Made by a program: the position numbers and the translations under genes. 30,241 nt of DNA from Candidatus Aenigmatarchaeota archaeon (GTDB lineage: Archaea; Aenigmatarchaeota; Aenigmatarchaeia; QMZP01), in the NCBI GenBank assembly GCA_043824495.1, contig JBDRSV010000004.1, forward strand, positions 1 through 30,241, read 5' to 3'. The notes under the pieces are model-generated. The model was not told where the DNA came from. It searched no databases and worked only from the letters and a program-made list of their open reading frames with translations. Numbering within the stretch: the stretch's first letter is position 1; every line of letters begins with the position of its first letter. Shown in pieces: positions 26,037 through 30,241 of the stretch.

Positions 26037-27050
26037 CTAAATGCAGATTCTTGGTGGATTTCTTAGGATTTTTTCAAGTATTACTATCATGTTTTTTATA
26101 TCAGATACATTTGCAATGCTTACTGTTGTGTGTATATTTCTAACAGGAATAGAAATAACAGTTGAAGGTACTCCACCTCTTGTAACAGAAATGTTTGTTG
26201 CGTCTGTTGTTCCTTCGGCTGAGGCTTCTATTTGATATGGTATTTTGTTGTCTTTGGCTATTTTGATTAGCGCGTCGTTTATGCACCTGTTTGCGATAAA
26301 TTCCCCGTCTTTCATTGTTATGCAAGGTCCTTTTCCTATGCATCTCGTTGGATTTTCTAAGAAATCATTTGCGCTTGTTGTTTCAACTACTATTGCCCAA
26401 TGTGGGTCTATGTTAAATGCTGAAGTCTTTGCTCCGTAAAGGCCAATCTCTTCCTGAACTGTGAAAACATAATAAATATCTGAATTATTTTTCTTCAATT
26501 TCTTAGCTAGCTCTATGAGAATGTAACATCCTATTCTGTCATCCAATGCTTTACCTGATATAATCTGGTCACTTCCCAAGAATGTTGCTTCTCCTTCTAC
26601 GTATACATATGTTCCTATTTGTAAACCTATAGCCTCAAGCTCCTTTTTTGTTAGCCCAGTATCTACAATGAAACTGTCTATTGTGGGCAATTCTTGTAGG
26701 TTCTCTCCTATGCTTGTGTCTTTGGATGTGATTATACCTCTGATGTAGCCCTTTTCTGATTTTAGAGAAATTCTTTGACCAATTAAGCCATCTATTGTAA
26801 TACCACCAATATCTGTACAGAATATTTTACCGTCTTCTGTTATCCTCTTAATCATCAAGCCTACTTCATCCATATGTGCAGCAAGCATAACGCTTGGTCT
26901 TTTACCTTTTTTGTGTGCTATTAGGTTTCCCATCTCATCCACATGTATGTTATCTACATACTTTTTGATCTCTCTGTGTATCACGGTCCTGACATCTTCT
27001 TCATTTCCACTAGGGCCATTTGCATTGATGAGTTCCTTCAGAAGTTCCAT
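26037..27050 (-). CDS. M42 family (TET-like) aminopeptidase
   Basis: GPSGNE, AAHMDEVG, GKALDDRIG, TVQEEIGLYGA, GTTDA and IPVRNIHT. One metal-ligand Asp position reads Glu (IVVET). Confidence 0.92.
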   Translation of the reverse strand: MELLKELINANGPSGNEEDVRTVIHREIKKYVDNIHVDEMGNLIAHKKGKRPSVMLAAHMDEVGLMIKRITEDGKIFCTDIGGITIDGLIGQRISLKSEKGYIRGIITSKDTSIGENLQELPTIDSFIVDTGLTKKELEAIGLQIGTYVYVEGEATFLGSDQIISGKALDDRIGCYILIELAKKLKKNNSDIYYVFTVQEEIGLYGAKTSAFNIDPHWAIVVETTSANDFLENPTRCIGKGPCITMKDGEFIANRCINDALIKIAKDNKIPYQIEASAEGTTDATNISVTRGGVPSTVISIPVRNIHTTVSIANVSDIKNMIVILEKILRNPPRICI

Positions 27051-27141
27051 AGATAATTATTATTCTGCTGCTAAATAAACCTTCATTATATATAGTATAG
27101 TAGTAGTGATTCAAAGTAAGTTGAATGATTAAAACCACAAC

Positions 27142-27150
27142 CTTTAAATA
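27142..27150 (+). promoter_or_regulatory. Candidate TATA box for the DsbA gene
   Basis: CTTTAAATA preceded by an A-rich BRE-like stretch, about 35-40 nt upstream of ATG 27183. Confidence 0.45.
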
Positions 27151-27182
27151 CTCAAAGTTCAAATATGAACAACTGATGCCTT

Positions 27183-28037
27183 ATGTCGAAAAAACGATTT
27201 GATTTTAATTCCAAAGAAAACGCAGATGTAAGTCCATCAAAAGAAGAAGGAAATTATGAGTTTAAACCACAAACAACAGAAAATAAGATTCAAGAGAGAG
27301 AAACTATGAGCGAAACAAAAAGTCCATGGATGTATACAACTGTGGTCTTGGCCGTTGTTTCTTTAGCTTTGGTTTTTGCAAACGTTTCTATGGTTAGTTT
27401 AGCATTCTCAGGTGCAGACCTTACTGGCGCTATGGTAGCAAATGATCCAACACCAACACCTACGCCAACACCTACTCCAACACCTACGCCAACACCTACT
27501 CCAACAGCACAGTTAAAGTCAGGTACTGAAGGTGTGTTTGAAGGTGATGTAAATGCTCCTATAACAATCATAGAGTTCTCTGACTTCCAGTGTCCTTTCT
27601 GTGCAAGATTCTATACAGATTCATTGATACCGCTAAGAACAAACTGGATTGACACAGGAAAAGTCAGGTTAGAGTTCAGGGATTTCCCATTGAGTTTCCA
27701 TCCAAATGCACAACCAGCTGCAGAAGCTGCTGAATGCGCAAAGGAACAAGGAAAATTCGTGGAATTCCATGATAAAGTTTTCGAGAATCAAGGTGCTATA
27801 GGAACAGCAGCATACAAAGCTTGGGCAGAAGAATTAGGCCTAAACACAGAACAATTTAACAGTTGTTTTGATTCAGGCAAATACAGAACAGAAGTTCAAG
27901 CAGACTTTGCAGCAGGTCAGGCAGCAGGTGTAAGCGGCACACCAACATTCTTTATTGGAAACGATGAAGATGGATATCAGAAATTAGTTGGTGCTCAACC
28001 TTACAGTGCATTCGAAGGTATCTTGAATGGTTTGTAA
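27183..28037 (+). CDS. Membrane-anchored DsbA/thioredoxin-4 family oxidoreductase with Pro-Thr linker
   Basis: TM helix, (PT)n linker, APITIIEFSDFQCPFC, RDFPLSFHPNAQPAAEA and GVSGTPTFFI. Confidence 0.92.
   Translation: MSKKRFDFNSKENADVSPSKEEGNYEFKPQTTENKIQERETMSETKSPWMYTTVVLAVVSLALVFANVSMVSLAFSGADLTGAMVANDPTPTPTPTPTPTPTPTPTPTAQLKSGTEGVFEGDVNAPITIIEFSDFQCPFCARFYTDSLIPLRTNWIDTGKVRLEFRDFPLSFHPNAQPAAEAAECAKEQGKFVEFHDKVFENQGAIGTAAYKAWAEELGLNTEQFNSCFDSGKYRTEVQADFAAGQAAGVSGTPTFFIGNDEDGYQKLVGAQPYSAFEGILNGL
27447..27506 (+). repeat. Coding tandem repeat encoding (Pro-Thr)10
   Basis: CCAACACCTAC(G/T) 12-mer x4, forming a perfect 24-bp unit x2, flanked by CCAACA. Confidence 0.9.
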
Positions 28038-28051
28038 GTCAAACTATTCAA

Positions 28052-28071
28052 TTTTTTTCTTTTTTCATTTT
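28052..28071 (+). terminator. T-tract, candidate archaeal intrinsic terminator after DsbA
   Basis: TTTTTTTCTTTTTTCATTTT starting 15 nt after the stop. Confidence 0.5.
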
Positions 28072-28129
28072 AATTCTCTAGAACTCTTTCCATAGATCAT
28101 AATTTATAATATTCTACCAATAATTTGTT

Positions 28130-28696
28130 ATGAGAATAATCCTAGCTTCAGAATCTCTATTTAGGAAACATGCACTGGAAGTGTTGGGTCTTGAATATGA
28201 AACAATACCAAGTAAAATAGATGAATCTACAATTCGCCATGAAAATCCAAATGAACTTGCTAAATTGTTGTCCCAAGCTAAAGCTAAAAAAATCGGAGAA
28301 ACACAGAAAGACGCTATTATAATTGCTGCAGACATGTTTGTTGTGTACAATAATGAAATAATTGAAAAACCTCGTAATGAAGCTCACGGAAAAGAAATGC
28401 TAAAGCTGCTTTCTGGAAACACTTTTAGCATTTTATCCGGTTTAACAGTTTACAATAGCACTACTAAAAAGCTTCTTTCTAGTACAGACGTGTGTAGAGT
28501 AGTGTTCAGAAATCTTACAGATTTTGAAATTAATGATTATGTGTCTAATCATCCAGTAATAAAATATGCTGCAGCTTTTGAAGCAGATGGGCTATTAAGA
28601 TTCGCTGAACATATTGAAGGAAATTATAATTTTAGAGCTGGTTTGCCTGTTAACAAACTCATTATTTTCCTAAGGGAGAATGGAGTAAACGTGTAA
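28130..28696 (+). CDS. maf: Maf family nucleoside-triphosphate pyrophosphatase (divergent)
   Basis: IILASES, IDE, AKAKKI, IIAADMFVV, IEKP, LSG and GLPV. Confidence 0.85.
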   Translation: MRIILASESLFRKHALEVLGLEYETIPSKIDESTIRHENPNELAKLLSQAKAKKIGETQKDAIIIAADMFVVYNNEIIEKPRNEAHGKEMLKLLSGNTFSILSGLTVYNSTTKKLLSSTDVCRVVFRNLTDFEINDYVSNHPVIKYAAAFEADGLLRFAEHIEGNYNFRAGLPVNKLIIFLRENGVNV

Positions 28697-29461
28697 TTAC
28701 AAGTGTCGCACTAACCATTCTCTAATGAGATCTGATACCATAAGTGACATTAATGGGTCAAGAAACATGTGATCCCCACCCTTTATTACTTGGAGATCTG
28801 TGGTTCCTTTTGCTCTTTTAAGCAAAATATCTGCATTTTTCATTTCCACTATATTGTCTTGATCTCCTTGTATTATTCTGAATGGAATCTTGATATTCTT
28901 TGCTATTTCCTCTCCGTCATATTCTTTTAGATCCTTGTAAAAATCATAATTTATTTCAACTTCACTTTTCTTGTCTGTTTTGAATTTAAGAACTCTGTCA
29001 TGTTTCCATATTTTTCCTAGTTCATCTGTTAGCATGTTCTGCCATTCTAGTTTTGCTGGCGCAGCTATTGTGATTAAGGATCTAACCCTTCTGTCTCTAG
29101 CTGCGACTATCAATGATGTAAGTCCACCAAGGGAGTGTCCAACCAAAGCTATTTTTCTCTTGTCTACAAATTCTTGCTTTTCTATAAAATTTATAGCTGC
29201 ATTTAAATCAGATACTTGATGTGTTAACATCATATCATTACATGTTCCTTGACTTCCTCCCATACAACCAGAAAAATCAAATCTTAACACAACAAATTTA
29301 TCCTCCAGAGCATTCGCTATCTTGTACAAGAGTTTGTTTTCCTTGTAGGAAAGAAATCCATGAGAAATAATAACAGCTGGGAGTTTCTTACCTTCTTGGT
29401 ATGTGATAACTCCATTTATTTTCGTGTTTGTGTGATCAGTGAAATTGACAATCTTGTCCAT
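28697..29461 (-). CDS. Alpha/beta hydrolase (serine esterase/peptidase, OsmC-fusion-like N-domain)
   Basis: ISHGF, RFDFSG, nucleophile GHSLGG, IQGDQDNIV and GGDHMF triad. ATG 29461 is preferred over 29506. Confidence 0.88.
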   Translation of the reverse strand: MDKIVNFTDHTNTKINGVITYQEGKKLPAVIISHGFLSYKENKLLYKIANALEDKFVVLRFDFSGCMGGSQGTCNDMMLTHQVSDLNAAINFIEKQEFVDKRKIALVGHSLGGLTSLIVAARDRRVRSLITIAAPAKLEWQNMLTDELGKIWKHDRVLKFKTDKKSEVEINYDFYKDLKEYDGEEIAKNIKIPFRIIQGDQDNIVEMKNADILLKRAKGTTDLQVIKGGDHMFLDPLMSLMVSDLIREWLVRHL

Positions 29462-29646
29462 GTTTATAATTGTTTCAAATGAATAAAAGAAGCTGATTGA
29501 ATTCACAAAACTCTATGAAACTATGATATAACCATTCAAAATTATACAATTCTCCATCGATTATCCCAAAAAAGAGAACAAAAGTAGGTATAACACCTTG
29601 TTATAAGAAATCGTTGGTCATGATTGGTTAAAGGAGATCGCCGTCA

Positions 29647-29685
29647 TTTGGCTTCGCCAAAGATAGCCCGCCTTCGGCAGGATAT
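29647..29685 (-). other. Twin GC-rich hairpins with GAA loops in an intergenic region
   Basis: Minus strand: TTTGGC-GAA-GCCAAA (29647-29661, perfect 6-bp stem) and ATATCCTGCC-GAA-GGCGGGCTAT (29663-29685). Confidence 0.5.
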
Positions 29686-29721
29686 AGAAAGGGTATTCTT
29701 TGTTTTGGGAGTTAGGAAAAG

Positions 29722-30241
29722 TTAATTTAGAGCAGGAGGAGAATCGTCGTCTATACAGGTTCCTTGAAGTATTTGTAATTTAGTGCATTTGGGTTTAGGT
29801 TTGGATAATGGACAGCTACCAGGACTTTCATCCAAGCTAGCAGCAATTCGTTGTATTTTTATCACATCTCCTACATTTAGTATTCCATCTCCGCTTACAT
29901 CAGCACAGCAAATATCAGAAGGGCCTTCAATTAATTCAGCCAGAATTTGTTCTACAGACTTAGCGTCTTTTTCTGTTATTGTTCCATCACCATTAACGTC
30001 TCCAATTAATTGCCCCTTTTCACATGAAAATGGTTGGCAAACAGGAGAAGCAGGCCACTCCACTGGAGAATAATATTGATCGTAAGGACATGAGTCAATA
30101 ACATTTTCTCTATTCGAATCCCAATTATTTATACAATTTAGGTGTTGGTTTCCATATTCACAAAAGTATGGCTCTTCAGTTCTGTTCCAGAAATTACCTT
30201 GGTTTTGATGGGAAAGCTCGAAAGAATGTGGATAATAAAAG
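29722..30241 (-). CDS. C-terminus of a large Cys-rich protein carrying a dockerin type I-like domain (5' end outside the window)
   Basis: The frame is open from 30240 to the stop at 29722; duplicated Ca-binding loops GDVNGDGTITEKDA and ADVSGDGILNVGDV. Confidence 0.8.
   Translation of the reverse strand, partial: FYYPHSFELSHQNQGNFWNRTEEPYFCEYGNQHLNCINNWDSNRENVIDSCPYDQYYSPVEWPASPVCQPFSCEKGQLIGDVNGDGTITEKDAKSVEQILAELIEGPSDICCADVSGDGILNVGDVIKIQRIAASLDESPGSCPLSKPKPKCTKLQILQGTCIDDDSPPALN

Noticed and set aside
26370-26400. Asp-to-Glu at one M42 metal-ligand position (IVVET)
   Set aside because: Conservative change with all other ligands intact; unlikely to signal a new function.
27447-27506. Short tandem repeat as a possible CRISPR array or contingency locus
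   Set aside because: There are no spacers; the repeat is an in-frame Pro-Thr linker. No cas genes are in the window.
1288-29219. Numerous 60-123 aa ORFs in the track antisense to or nested in long genes (for example 1778-2125, 9099-9320, 11613-11960, 17178-17516, 19354-19725, 27290-27571)
   Set aside because: They are fully overlapped by motif-supported genes and have Ser/Phe/Ile-rich shadow composition with no family motifs.
29480-29640. Possible small ORFs between the hydrolase and the hairpins
   Set aside because: No frame has both a credible start and protein-like composition.
29620-29700. tRNA, 5S rRNA or SECIS element
   Set aside because: No cloverleaf or TTCRA T-arm context, too short for 5S, and no in-frame UGA in the visible upstream ORF.

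Overview
AT-rich archaeal chromosomal window with no rRNA, tRNA or CRISPR array. The evidence for archaea is RFC large subunit, DUF357, an M42/TET peptidase and TATA-like boxes about 25 nt upstream of many ATGs. The many Cys-rich surface proteins suggest a DPANN lineage such as Aenigmarchaeota or Woesearchaeota, which is inference. Housekeeping and metabolic genes include proline dehydrogenase, rfcL, ornithine carbamoyltransferase, carbamate kinase, YbjQ, PCD, an IMPase/FBPase-like protein, a PEP-synthase-like protein, M42 peptidase, DsbA, Maf and an alpha/beta hydrolase. They are mixed with large secreted or anchored Cys-rich proteins and several small ORFs absent from the ORF track. The five strongest oddities are: (1) a circularly permuted CcdA, with TM1 and its catalytic SPC motif moved to the C-terminus, coupled to a stand-alone DipZ-type thioredoxin; (2) a full-length PEP synthase homolog lacking the phospho-His, the catalytic Cys and the GTND motif; (3) two giant secreted proteases sharing a leader, promoter and domain layout but carrying different catalytic domains (clan CD Cys versus M4/M36 zinc); (4) an RHH plus free-standing two-motif LAGLIDADG operon with a tandem operator, directly upstream of arcC; (5) a recurring juxtamembrane [PLF]-[TA]-G-x-hydrophobic motif. 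All family assignments come from motif recognition by eye; no database search was run.
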